From the IMG/VR virus record IMGVR_UViG_3300033067_000349, positions 1-29,542 of that record: a stretch of DNA of 29,542 bases, one strand, 5' to 3'. How positions within the stretch are numbered: the stretch's first letter is position 1; the number at the start of each line of letters is the position of its first letter. The position numbers and the translations under genes were made by a program. The DNA comes from a virus (Duplodnaviria > Caudoviricetes). Positions 1 through 9,482 of this stretch are shown here, in pieces. The notes under the pieces were generated by a model that saw nothing but the letters and a program-made list of their open reading frames with translations, was not told the origin of the DNA and searched no databases.

Positions 1-198
1 GTAATGGAAGGAATGGAAATCGTAACGCCTCCCGTTTACGCTGACGGATACCACTATGACGTAATGAGCGATAACGAGTACGACTTTGGTGCTAACTTGG
101 TTGAGCCAAAGAACCCGAAACACGCATTTGCTGGTCATTCAATTAAAGAGGAATTCCCTTATGAGCCAAACTTCGATAGCATCTCCGCAGCAGTTTAG
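1..198 (+). CDS. 3' part of a 119-aa hypothetical (tail-fibre-associated) protein that wraps across the sequence junction from 29381
   Basis: Position 1 is in frame with ORF 4..198; 29381-29542 is exactly 54 stop-free codons and joins it as ...LIMVTPP|VMEGMEIVTPPVY... Confidence 0.85.
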   Translation, partial: VMEGMEIVTPPVYADGYHYDVMSDNEYDFGANLVEPKNPKHAFAGHSIKEEFPYEPNFDSISAAV

Positions 199-1588
199 TC
201 CTGCATATAACCCACTCAAGTTCATCGTTGATTCAACCAACAAGAACAAGTCAGGGTTCAGGTATATATTCGACATCTATGACAGTGGTACCACTAACAA
301 GATAGGTGAATACAAAGTATTGCCTCGCATCAACGATGGTTATGGTGAGCAGGATATGTCCAAGCTACTCCAGGCCAAAGTGTCATGGGACTTGGATACA
401 CTTTCAACCACATCCATCGCTGCACTCAACTCATCATATGAGTACGATGTCAAGGTCGGTGAGGAGTATGTCGCAGAGTTTACCTATACCTCGTCACTAT
501 CCAATGCGAGTGGCAACACTCAAATCAACGTATCCAACACATTCAGTGCAGGTGACCAGGTCATCATCACACAAGCTGATGGTGGTGTGGCCAATCCTCA
601 ACTCGAAGGACTTCACACTGTCATCTCTGCAACAGGTTCATCAGTGGTAGTCAATGTGCTATGGTCAACGATCACAAGTGCATCCATCGATGGTGTGGTC
701 AAGTACGCTGACAATCGTAAGGTCATCTTCAGAGACATCACCGAGTTCGATGCAAATATTGCATATAACGGTGCGTTCAGATGGATGGATTGGTCGACAT
801 ACGATGAGACTGACTTCACACTCAATCAACCTTCAGCATTGTGGTTGACAAACCAACCCACAACATTCTACATGACTCCGGGTCAAGATGCTTGGCTGAA
901 CCTACGCAAACCAAAGTTGACCCACACAGTGCGATTCGAGACATCACTCGGTGGTACGTTCTCAAAGTCACTGACTCAAACAAGTGAGATTGTACAGGTC
1001 GCAGTGGGTGCAGGAAACAACGGTGTGTTCCTGACTGATGGCATCGATTGGTATGACTTTTGGTTCGACAACGGGTCAACACTCGGTCAGCAGGATTCGG
1101 TTAAGTACCGAGTTTACATCGACCGCAGAACGCTCATGGAGCAATATCACATTGTGTTTCTTGATCGTCTTGGTTCATACTCATCTTTCTCGTTCCAACT
1201 CAAATCATATGAGCGAGGAGATGTCACTCGTGAAGTATTCAACCGCAAGGTCGAAGGATTCGTCAATGGCTCTGACCACTGGACATATTCAACCGAGGAC
1301 TTCGGATTCAACCAACTCAATGTGAATGCAGTCAAATCTCTTGACCTCAATTCAGATTGGATGACTCAAGATATGGCTCAATACTTCGAGGAGTTGATGA
1401 CATCACCGCAGACATTCATCAAGAAAGTATCGTATATTTGTAGTGATACACTTCAGGTGGTCGAGTCAACATATCAACCTGTGATATTGAACACCAATTC
1501 ATACGAGGTATTCAAGCAGAGAAACAAGAATTTGATTCGTCAAAATATCAATGTAAGATTCGCAAACCAGGACAACATAAATGGTTAA
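161..1588 (+). CDS. Virion structural protein, probably tail/baseplate
   Basis: ATG at 161 (MSQTSIA...) is preferred to TTG 86 because it limits overlap with the wrap-around ORF; beta-rich; lies between the tail fibre and the large tail protein. Confidence 0.6.
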   Translation: MSQTSIASPQQFSPAYNPLKFIVDSTNKNKSGFRYIFDIYDSGTTNKIGEYKVLPRINDGYGEQDMSKLLQAKVSWDLDTLSTTSIAALNSSYEYDVKVGEEYVAEFTYTSSLSNASGNTQINVSNTFSAGDQVIITQADGGVANPQLEGLHTVISATGSSVVVNVLWSTITSASIDGVVKYADNRKVIFRDITEFDANIAYNGAFRWMDWSTYDETDFTLNQPSALWLTNQPTTFYMTPGQDAWLNLRKPKLTHTVRFETSLGGTFSKSLTQTSEIVQVAVGAGNNGVFLTDGIDWYDFWFDNGSTLGQQDSVKYRVYIDRRTLMEQYHIVFLDRLGSYSSFSFQLKSYERGDVTREVFNRKVEGFVNGSDHWTYSTEDFGFNQLNVNAVKSLDLNSDWMTQDMAQYFEELMTSPQTFIKKVSYICSDTLQVVESTYQPVILNTNSYEVFKQRNKNLIRQNINVRFANQDNING

Positions 1589-4418
1589 GATACAAATCAA
1601 ATACTCCTCATCGATTGGCTCACAAGTCACTGCATTCGAGGACAGGGTCATTGCTGATGGTGGAGTGTTCGAAGCACAACAGTGTTGCATCGACTTCCTC
1701 AACACCCTTGGCTATGACCAACAAGGTGGTGGATACCTCGATGTGAAGGAAGATACATCCTTCCCTCTGAACTTCGCAGTCGGGGACATTCGTGACTTCA
1801 CCAAGCGCACAGGTACGTTCTCCAAGACCATCACATTGGTTGGAAGCAAGAACAACAATGAGATGCTCAACCACTACTATGATGTGAATATCCAAGCAGG
1901 GACATTCGACATCAACAAAGTAACCAAGTGCGCAGTCATTCAGAACGGTGTGCCTATCATTGAGGATGCACTGCTTCAGTTGTTGTCGGTTAAAAAGACT
2001 CAAGTCACCGATGCCTATGAGCAAGGGGTGGAATATGAGGTGTTAATCAAGGACACTCGCATTGAGTTCTTTACTGCGATATCCAACAGTGAATTGACTG
2101 ACCTGGACTTCAGTGACCTCAACCACACATTCAGTGCAGCAGATATCGTCAATTCATTTGGCAACACTGTTGCTGATGGATACAAGTATGTGATGCCATT
2201 CGTCACAAACCCGAACCTCCATGTTCGACTGTTCAAACCTGCCATCTATGCCAAGACCTATCTCGATAGGATATTCGCATCAGCAGGATTCCAATATCAG
2301 TGGGATGAATTGACTGCTGCTCGATTCGACAAGTTGCTCATCCCGTACAATGGTGATGCTAACACATTCGATGCTCAAGATTATTTGGTCGAAGCAGAAA
2401 CAACCTCGACATTCACAGTTGATGTTCCAACCAATACATTCGGCTCATATGATGAGGTAACAGGTTGGACTGAAATCACCGATGTTCAGGGTTCATTCGA
2501 CCCGACCACAGGTGAATATACCATCCCGATCACAACAACAGGATTCGGTGATGGCTACACTCTTGAATATGAAATAAACTACAACTACTATATTGAGAAT
2601 ACCAACTCGGTCACAGTGTACAATATGTACAACGCATACAATGGCAGACCGAGAATCTCCGCATCATTCGGAACATACACGAACCAACTGTCAAACATCG
2701 ATAACAACCAAGTCATTGGCACTGGCTTCGCTCTTGCTCCAGGTGTGCATCAATTCAATCCTGCATCATCAGGTGTCAAGACAGGTGGAATCTTTGCAGC
2801 GACAACAGGAACTGCATCGAACTTGAACTCGGGTGATGTCATGACCATCAGCATCGGTGTGAGTCAGCAATTCACTGCATGGTTCACAAACACCACCTTC
2901 CCATATACACCTGCACCGAATCCTGTCAATGCAGTGGTCAAGGTTTACTCACTACGGGTTAAGATTGTACCGACTGCAAACCTCAATGTGATTGGTGGAA
3001 CACTCGACATCAATCAGTATGTTCCACTCAAAGTGAAGCAAAGCGACTTTGTGAAGTCTATCTTCACGATGTACAACCTATTCGCTGACATCGACCCTGA
3101 CCAACCAACCAAACTACTACTCAAGTCAAGGGATGAATACTATGATTCGGGTGAGGAAAAGGATTGGACATATAAGCTGATGAAGGAACGAGAGCAAGAC
3201 TTGATATTCTTGCCTGACCTCACTGCCAAGAAACTCATCCTCACCTACAAACAAGACAAGGATTCACCGAATCAAGTGTACTTCGACATGACCAATGAGA
3301 TATATGGTCAACTCGAGTATATCTTCGACAACGAATATGTCAAAGGAATCGAGACAAAAGAACTGTTGTTCTCACCGACTCCAGTGGTACCGACTCCATT
3401 CGCTGCATTCGTTCCTGCATTGGATGGTGAAGCACCGAAAACAAACATCCGCATCCTATACGATGGAGGTGAGCAGACCTGTGGTGCATATGACATCATC
3501 GAGTATGGGTCAACAGGTGAGTTCGGTGTGACTACATATCCGATGCTTGGTCACTTCGACAACGCATTGACACCGACATTCGATATCAACTTCGGTACCA
3601 ATGACTATTATTACTATTCACCAAGCACACTGACTGCGAACAACCTTTACAATTTGTATTGGCGCAGGACAGTGAACCAAATCAATGTCGGCAAGATGTT
3701 GGTTGCTTACTTCAATTTGAACGAGGCAGACATAGAGACATTGAAACTCAATGACAAGATTCGCATCGACAACTCATGGTGGAACATCAACAAGGTCATC
3801 GATTACAATGCAAATGCAGAGACTGCCACAAAGGTGGAACTCATCAGCATCGATACCGAGATTGACCTACCACCATTCATCACTTCTCCAGGTACACCAA
3901 CACCACCGACCACAACCGCAGTGTCAGTGGATAGCATCTTGATGACAAAGTCTGCTGAAGCAAATGGCAACTTGTCGGGTGATGATGTGATTGTCAAGGG
4001 TTCATCGAATGTCATCGGTGATGGTCTCAAGGGATTAGTGATCGGGGACAACAAGGTTCTCAACGAGGATGGAATCATCACTCCTCAAATCAATGGGATG
4101 AACTTTGCATCCAATGGATATGTTGCGCTCTTGACTCAAATAGGAACCAATGCGCCTGATGCAACTATCTTGGCAGATTCAATCGGTGGCATCACTTGGA
4201 CACGAACTGCGCAAGGTGAGTATCTCGGAACACCTGTGAGACCGTTTGATGTTACAAACACTTTTGTGATAATTGGCAATGTAGAGCATGACTACCAAGC
4301 GAGTGCATATGTCAACACTGATGGGAACATCGTTGTCATCACTTGCCGCAACAGTGGTCACCAACACGATGATGAGAAACTTCTTTATTCACCAATAGAG
4401 GTCAGAGTATATGGCTAA
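1581..4418 (+). CDS. Large tail/baseplate hub-like structural protein (945 aa)
   Basis: N-terminal 'LNFAVGDIRDFTKRTGTFSKTITL' resembles Bacteroidota phage tail proteins; T/S/G-rich central region; PT linker; adjacent to tape measure gene. Confidence 0.65.
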   Translation: MVKIQIKYSSSIGSQVTAFEDRVIADGGVFEAQQCCIDFLNTLGYDQQGGGYLDVKEDTSFPLNFAVGDIRDFTKRTGTFSKTITLVGSKNNNEMLNHYYDVNIQAGTFDINKVTKCAVIQNGVPIIEDALLQLLSVKKTQVTDAYEQGVEYEVLIKDTRIEFFTAISNSELTDLDFSDLNHTFSAADIVNSFGNTVADGYKYVMPFVTNPNLHVRLFKPAIYAKTYLDRIFASAGFQYQWDELTAARFDKLLIPYNGDANTFDAQDYLVEAETTSTFTVDVPTNTFGSYDEVTGWTEITDVQGSFDPTTGEYTIPITTTGFGDGYTLEYEINYNYYIENTNSVTVYNMYNAYNGRPRISASFGTYTNQLSNIDNNQVIGTGFALAPGVHQFNPASSGVKTGGIFAATTGTASNLNSGDVMTISIGVSQQFTAWFTNTTFPYTPAPNPVNAVVKVYSLRVKIVPTANLNVIGGTLDINQYVPLKVKQSDFVKSIFTMYNLFADIDPDQPTKLLLKSRDEYYDSGEEKDWTYKLMKEREQDLIFLPDLTAKKLILTYKQDKDSPNQVYFDMTNEIYGQLEYIFDNEYVKGIETKELLFSPTPVVPTPFAAFVPALDGEAPKTNIRILYDGGEQTCGAYDIIEYGSTGEFGVTTYPMLGHFDNALTPTFDINFGTNDYYYYSPSTLTANNLYNLYWRRTVNQINVGKMLVAYFNLNEADIETLKLNDKIRIDNSWWNINKVIDYNANAETATKVELISIDTEIDLPPFITSPGTPTPPTTTAVSVDSILMTKSAEANGNLSGDDVIVKGSSNVIGDGLKGLVIGDNKVLNEDGIITPQINGMNFASNGYVALLTQIGTNAPDATILADSIGGITWTRTAQGEYLGTPVRPFDVTNTFVIIGNVEHDYQASAYVNTDGNIVVITCRNSGHQHDDEKLLYSPIEVRVYG

Positions 4419-6324
4419 TGAAATTGAAATACCTATAAAACTCGGAGGAGTCCAATCCCTCAAGGCAGAACTTCGCTCACTCAAGGCAGCACTCGCAGAG
4501 GCAACTGACCCCGCACAAATGGATGCTCTTGCTCAACGAGCAGGGGATGTCGCTGACAGGATTAAGGATGCCAATGACCAGGTGAATGTGTTTGCATCGG
4601 GTTCCAAATTCGAGCAGATATCTAACTCATTCGGTGGTATCAAGGATTCATTGATGTCACTCGACTTCGAAGAGGCATCCGGAAAAGCGCAGACATTTGC
4701 CAAGACACTCGGCAACTTGAATGCTGCTGATATCAGCAAGAGCATGAAAGGTCTGACATCAACCATTACAACGATGGGAGGTGCATTCGTTAAACTTGGG
4801 ATACAGATTCTTGCAAACCCAATCTTCCTATTGGCAGCAGTCATCATCGGTATTGTGGTAGCCATTGGTGTGTGGTTGAATAAGATTGGACTGCTCAAGA
4901 AAGCGATTGATATCGTGATGTATCCACTCAACTTGCTCATCGATGCGTTCAAATCACTGACCGATTGGTTGGGTCTGACATCATATGCAGCAGAGGAGAA
5001 TGCGAGAACGATGGAGAAAGCCAATGAAAAAGCATTCAAGTCATCGGAGAAACGAACTGCGCAGATATCTGACCAATACGATTTGGAGATTGCAAGAGCG
5101 AAGGCAGCAGGTGAAGACACCACCAAGTTGGAGATGGAGAAATCCAAGTCAATCACCAATGCTGCCAAGACTCGACTCAAGTCTGCTCGTGATGAGTACA
5201 ACCAAATCAAGAACTTGACTGACAAGGATTCGGTTGATCGTAGAAAGAAACTCGCAGAGAGAATTGCTGCCGAGAATAAACTCATCAAGGATGGTGCAAA
5301 GGAACGTCAATTGATGCTCATCCAGGAACAAGCTGACCAAGCAGCCGAAGCAAAAAAAGCAGCAGAGGAGGCCAAAGCCAAGAGAGAGGAAGCAGCCAAA
5401 AAATATCGTGAAGGAGCCAATGCAATACAGGCAGAAATCAATGCAGCAAACAAGTTGGTCATTGACTCGACAAAGACTCAATCACAAAAAGAAATTGATG
5501 ATGTCAAAGCGAAATATGCCAAGCTGATTGCAGAGGCGCAGAAATACAAAAAGGATATCACTGCACTGGAGGCAGCAAGAGACCTTGAAATCAACACGAT
5601 CCGAAAGGGAACCGCAGACGAGTTTGTTCGATTAGAAACAACATCGGCAAAGTCTATTGTCTCAAACATGGTTGCAACAAAACAACAACAGTTGCAGATT
5701 GAAGCCGATGCAAACATGAAGCGATTCCAAGACCAAAAGGCATACAACGAGGCAGTCGCTGCGGCAGACCAATCACTCGCTGATGCTAAACTTGGAGCAG
5801 CAAAAGGATTGATTTCAGGACTTACTGAACTTGCAGGTGAGAACAAGAAACTCGCAAACGCACTCTTTGTGGTTGACAAGGCACTCGCAATCGGTGAGAT
5901 TATTGTGAACACTCAACGTGAGATTGCAGGATATTGGTCGAACCCAACTTGGAAACTACTCCCTGATGGTGGTGCAGCATTGGCAACTGCGAACTCTGCC
6001 GCTGCAAAGATTCGTGCAGCGACATCCATCGGTACCATTGTGGCATCATCAGTAGCCAAGTTCATGAATGGTGGTAGCGCATCGGTTCAAACACCATCGG
6101 GTGGTGGTGGTGGAGGTGGCGCAACTGCAACACCAACTGCTCCATCAGTTCCTGCATTCGTACCTGGCAACCTATTCGGTCAAGGAAACCAAGCAAACAC
6201 TGTGACTCAATCACAAGGTGTGGAAGCCAATCAAACGATCACCGTCAATGCAGTTGTCAGTGAGACCGAGATGACAGGTGTACAAAATAAGGTCAGCAAA
6301 ATCATTCAAAATTCAGTACTGTGA
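4411..6324 (+). CDS. Tape measure protein (637 aa)
   Basis: Ala/Lys/Glu-rich helical protein, hydrophobic 'ANPIFLLAAVIIGIVVAIG' segment, coiled-coil middle, Gly-rich and PT-rich C-terminus. Confidence 0.85.
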   Translation: MANEIEIPIKLGGVQSLKAELRSLKAALAEATDPAQMDALAQRAGDVADRIKDANDQVNVFASGSKFEQISNSFGGIKDSLMSLDFEEASGKAQTFAKTLGNLNAADISKSMKGLTSTITTMGGAFVKLGIQILANPIFLLAAVIIGIVVAIGVWLNKIGLLKKAIDIVMYPLNLLIDAFKSLTDWLGLTSYAAEENARTMEKANEKAFKSSEKRTAQISDQYDLEIARAKAAGEDTTKLEMEKSKSITNAAKTRLKSARDEYNQIKNLTDKDSVDRRKKLAERIAAENKLIKDGAKERQLMLIQEQADQAAEAKKAAEEAKAKREEAAKKYREGANAIQAEINAANKLVIDSTKTQSQKEIDDVKAKYAKLIAEAQKYKKDITALEAARDLEINTIRKGTADEFVRLETTSAKSIVSNMVATKQQQLQIEADANMKRFQDQKAYNEAVAAADQSLADAKLGAAKGLISGLTELAGENKKLANALFVVDKALAIGEIIVNTQREIAGYWSNPTWKLLPDGGAALATANSAAAKIRAATSIGTIVASSVAKFMNGGSASVQTPSGGGGGGGATATPTAPSVPAFVPGNLFGQGNQANTVTQSQGVEANQTITVNAVVSETEMTGVQNKVSKIIQNSVL

Positions 6325-6770
6325 TAAGTTACCAAGCGTTAATAAATGAAATCATAGGATTCTATGATGCACATCTTCAAGTCAAGAAAGTAGGTTCTGA
6401 TTTCAAAGAGCAGTTGTTCAACTTTGCAACCAAGGATGAGAAGTATCCAATCGTGTACATCGTACCTGTGGATGCCATCCCTACCGAGAATACCAATGAC
6501 TTCACTCTTGAAATCTATTGCTTTGACATCATCCAAAAAGACAGGGCAAACATCAACACAATCTTGAGTGACTGTCATCAGATACTCATGGACTTGTATC
6601 TCAATTATACATTCAGCTTGAATGACCGAGACTTCGATGTGATGGGATTCCCTTCATTCGTTCCACTCAACAATGACCTTCTCGACTATGCAGCAGGGTG
6701 GTTGATGACCATCACATTCACCATGGATTCATGGACTGATTGCCAAATTCCTAAACAAATCGGTGACTAA
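6321..6770 (+). CDS. Putative tail completion/terminator protein
   Basis: 149 aa, GTGA overlap with tape measure stop; size and 'YPIVYIVP' pattern fit a tail terminator (inference). Confidence 0.5.
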   Translation: MISYQALINEIIGFYDAHLQVKKVGSDFKEQLFNFATKDEKYPIVYIVPVDAIPTENTNDFTLEIYCFDIIQKDRANINTILSDCHQILMDLYLNYTFSLNDRDFDVMGFPSFVPLNNDLLDYAAGWLMTITFTMDSWTDCQIPKQIGD

Positions 6771-6780
6771 TTGCAATATA
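6754..6780 (+). promoter_or_regulatory. Putative phage late promoter, copy 1
   Basis: AACAAAT at 6754 and TTGCAATATA at 6771-6780; ATG at 6785; matches three other sites. Confidence 0.65.
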
Positions 6781-6784
6781 AACG

Positions 6785-7210
6785 ATGGCAAGATATGCAG
6801 ACACTGGCGAGTACAACTTCAAATATCCATTAAGGAGACGAGTTGCAAACGTACTCAAGAAAGTAATCAAGGAAGAGGCACTCATTGATACAGGTACTTT
6901 GTACGATTCAGTGCGTATCAATGCCAAGGTCACAACCGAAGGCAATCTTCGCATTCAGATTGTTGCTGCATACTACTTCGGATTTCTAAATAACGGAACG
7001 CAAACGATTGCACCATTCGATTTGGTTCAAAAGTTCAACATCCAACTCGAGCAGAGTGGACTCATCGCAGAGATGTATGGGATGTATGTCGCTGACCTCG
7101 CTCAAAAGTTCCCTATATTGGAACTCGGAAATCTATTGCGTAAAAAACCAAAAGTTATATACGACTTCGAACCACTATTCGGTGAGTTTTGGGATTCGCT
7201 TGACTACTAA
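6785..7210 (+). CDS. Putative neck/tail completion (virion morphogenesis) protein
   Basis: 141 aa with 'DTGTLYDS' and 'YFGFLNNGT', patterns typical of HK97 gp10-like proteins. Confidence 0.55.
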   Translation: MARYADTGEYNFKYPLRRRVANVLKKVIKEEALIDTGTLYDSVRINAKVTTEGNLRIQIVAAYYFGFLNNGTQTIAPFDLVQKFNIQLEQSGLIAEMYGMYVADLAQKFPILELGNLLRKKPKVIYDFEPLFGEFWDSLDY

Positions 7211-7944
7211 ATATCCAACTCTTTGCGCATAGCAAGGAAGTTGAACACGAGAATCAGTTTCATGTTTATCACTTGATCGTACTTGGTGAGGTCACCATTG
7301 CACATCGACCATATCAATTGCTCCCATCCCCATTTGTTGGATGCCTTTTGCTTCTCTGCTTCCTTGCGTTCCTCCGGGTCATCAATATCTGAAAGGTCCT
7401 CCTCGATATCCTCTGTCATCAGGTTGGAATGCTTGGTGATGAATTGGTCTCTGAACTTGATGTATTCAGTTAGGATGCCGTACAACTTGGTGATTGGTTG
7501 CTCCAGGAAGTAGTGAGTCCTTGATGATGTCTTGAAGTTGGTTGACTCCCATTCGATGACTGCATTGTCTTCCATCCTCGATGGGATGCGATACAACAGT
7601 GCGCAGATGTTCGGAAGATATTTGATATAGTCCTGTGTGAAATAGTATTCGAGGTCGATAAACTCCCCCAGTGTCAACTCATTCATTGGCTTGAGATGGA
7701 ATTTTCCAACACGATCAACATGATTCTTGGATGGTTCTGAATACAACCATTGCAAATCTTTGAACCATTCACCTACCTCATGCAATTCAGCATCATCAAA
7801 ATCTTCAGGATAGGAATCAGTGAGAACGCAGAGTACATCGATGTTGTGGTTGAACAATCCATCCTCTGCTTGGAGTTGCCTTAACTCAATGAACTGCTCA
7901 AGACTGACTTGGTTCCACCCCTTCGGTAGAATTGGCTTTTGCAT
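7207..7944 (-). CDS. Putative tail assembly chaperone-like protein B (reverse strand)
   Basis: ATG at 7944; 'LPKGWNQVSLEQFIEL' and internal 'MNELTLGEFIDLE'; C-terminal 'KWGWEQLIWSMCNGDLTKYDQVINM'; function inferred from context. Confidence 0.55.
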   Translation of the reverse strand: MQKPILPKGWNQVSLEQFIELRQLQAEDGLFNHNIDVLCVLTDSYPEDFDDAELHEVGEWFKDLQWLYSEPSKNHVDRVGKFHLKPMNELTLGEFIDLEYYFTQDYIKYLPNICALLYRIPSRMEDNAVIEWESTNFKTSSRTHYFLEQPITKLYGILTEYIKFRDQFITKHSNLMTEDIEEDLSDIDDPEERKEAEKQKASNKWGWEQLIWSMCNGDLTKYDQVINMKLILVFNFLAMRKELDI

Positions 7945-8446
7945 ACTCTGCAATCTTTTCAGTTACGAACACAATGTATGGCACACACACCTCTGCCTTG
8001 AGGTCTCGAAATATCTTTGCCTTGTGTTTGAGGTGAGCATCTGCAAAGTGTTCAGTGTTCGACAGGTCAGTTCGTTTGAACATGATGGCCATGATATCAC
8101 TGATGTAGTGGTTCGGCTTGGTGTTGACAATCTTCTCGATGAGTTTTGTTTCTTTAACTGACAAGCGCAACTCGGCAGTGTAGGTGTATCCTTCCAACTC
8201 GATGGTTCCGATTGGTTCCTGTGGGGTGTATGAATCGAGATTGAACTCTTGCACCAACTTGATGAACTCACTGAATGGGTAGTCATCCCATAGTTTCTCA
8301 TCGATGCCGAGGAACTTAAACATCTCGACATACTTTTCGATGTTGTCGAACTCTTTGTTGTTGAGGATTTGGCTGATTTTCTCGAATTGGTCGATTGTCA
8401 ATTCGTTCATTTTGTTGGGAATCTCCCTGTCAAATACACTTATCAT
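7898..8446 (-). CDS. Putative tail assembly chaperone-like protein A (reverse strand), apparent paralogue of B
   Basis: Real start taken as ATG 8446 (MISVFDREIPNKMNELTIDQF), since the listed extension to 8812 overlaps the protease gene antisense. Confidence 0.55.
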   Translation of the reverse strand: MISVFDREIPNKMNELTIDQFEKISQILNNKEFDNIEKYVEMFKFLGIDEKLWDDYPFSEFIKLVQEFNLDSYTPQEPIGTIELEGYTYTAELRLSVKETKLIEKIVNTKPNHYISDIMAIMFKRTDLSNTEHFADAHLKHKAKIFRDLKAEVCVPYIVFVTEKIAEYAKANSTEGVEPSQS

Positions 8447-8458
8447 AATTATTTTTTG

Positions 8459-8484
8459 AACAAATATAAGAAAAAAGCAACATA
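8459..8484 (+). promoter_or_regulatory. Putative phage late promoter, copy 2
   Basis: AACAAAT at 8459 and GCAACATA at 8477; ATG at 8489. Confidence 0.6.
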
Positions 8485-8489
8485 AGCAA
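8461..8489 (-). promoter_or_regulatory. Bacteroidota housekeeping-sigma-type promoter for the reversed cassette
   Basis: Minus strand reads TTG-N18-TATATTTG (exact TAnnTTTG -7 box at 8468-8461), 14 nt before ATG 8446. Confidence 0.7.
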
Positions 8490-9469
8490 TGACAAAGGAC
8501 TTGCCTATCTACAAAATCACAATCGATGACGAGTACTCCGATGGAGAAAACTTGGGAATCGAGATGATTGCTTTCACAAATCTTCCTGCCGTTAAGGTCA
8601 AAGGGATGGCTTTTGGAAGTGAGCAGAGATTGATGTTTGCAGACGATGTGAAGTATCGCATCACTGCACCTGCCATGATACCAATGGACATCTATCGCAG
8701 AAGCGCAGAGGATGGTGAGTACTATGTACAGTTCACCGAGGAAGTAATCGAGCAGATTCACACCAAGTTCATGGCTGATTTGCGCAATCGTGACATCTTC
8801 AACCTTGAACACGATACCGAGAAAAAAGTCCCTGCTTACATTCTTGAGACATGGATTGTTGACAACCCAACCAAGGACAAAGCATACTCAACATTTGGCA
8901 TCGAAGTACCGAAGGGGACACTCATGGTGACTGCCCAGGTAACTGATGCTGACTACTATGCCGAGTTGGTTGCAAACGATCAAGTCGGTTTCTCCATTGA
9001 AGGGTTCCTCGGTCTGAAATTATCGGAACAAATTAAACTAAATAAAATGATGTTACCTGATGGAGAACACCGCATCGAAGACAAAATCTACGTCATCAAA
9101 GACGGAGAAGTTGTTGAGATTAAAGAGGTGGAAAAAGAACCAACCGAAGAGGTGGTTGAGGAAGAGATGTCAACCGAAGAGGTGAAGATGGAAGACACAA
9201 CAGTTGAGGAAGAGACGACAACTGAAGAGTCAACCACTACCGATGAGGAGATGGCAATCGACCCTGCTACCGATGCAGAGGCAATCGCTGCAATCGTTTT
9301 ACCGATGTTGGAAGAGAGAGAGAAAGCACTTATCGCAATGATTGCTGACCTCCGCAACCAAATCGAAGAGATGTATGCAGAGAAAACCGAGGAAGAGGTC
9401 GAGACGCAAATGACCCAGCTTTCATTGAGCGAAAAATTTGCGAAGTTCAAACAATTTGTAAATCAATAA
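8489..9469 (+). CDS. Prohead protease (XkdF-like) fused to an acidic scaffolding domain
   Basis: N-terminal 'NLEH...ILETWIVD...PKGT...GFSIEG'; C-terminal E/T-rich and coiled-coil region; directly upstream of capsid gene. Confidence 0.8.
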   Translation: MTKDLPIYKITIDDEYSDGENLGIEMIAFTNLPAVKVKGMAFGSEQRLMFADDVKYRITAPAMIPMDIYRRSAEDGEYYVQFTEEVIEQIHTKFMADLRNRDIFNLEHDTEKKVPAYILETWIVDNPTKDKAYSTFGIEVPKGTLMVTAQVTDADYYAELVANDQVGFSIEGFLGLKLSEQIKLNKMMLPDGEHRIEDKIYVIKDGEVVEIKEVEKEPTEEVVEEEMSTEEVKMEDTTVEEETTTEESTTTDEEMAIDPATDAEAIAAIVLPMLEEREKALIAMIADLRNQIEEMYAEKTEEEVETQMTQLSLSEKFAKFKQFVNQ

Positions 9470-9482
9470 AAACCAAATAAAA

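Noticed and set aside
4533-5912. Long antisense ORFs such as 4533..5288 and 5478..5912
   Set aside because: Shadows of the tape measure gene's codon bias; no initiation signals or protein-like features
7898-7965. Programmed -1 frameshift joining the two reversed genes (lambda G/GT type)
   Set aside because: No X XXY YYZ slippery heptamer in the shared window, and gene B has its own ATG and paralogous N-terminus
7200-8490. Invertible segment
   Set aside because: No flanking inverted repeats seen and no recombinase in the genome
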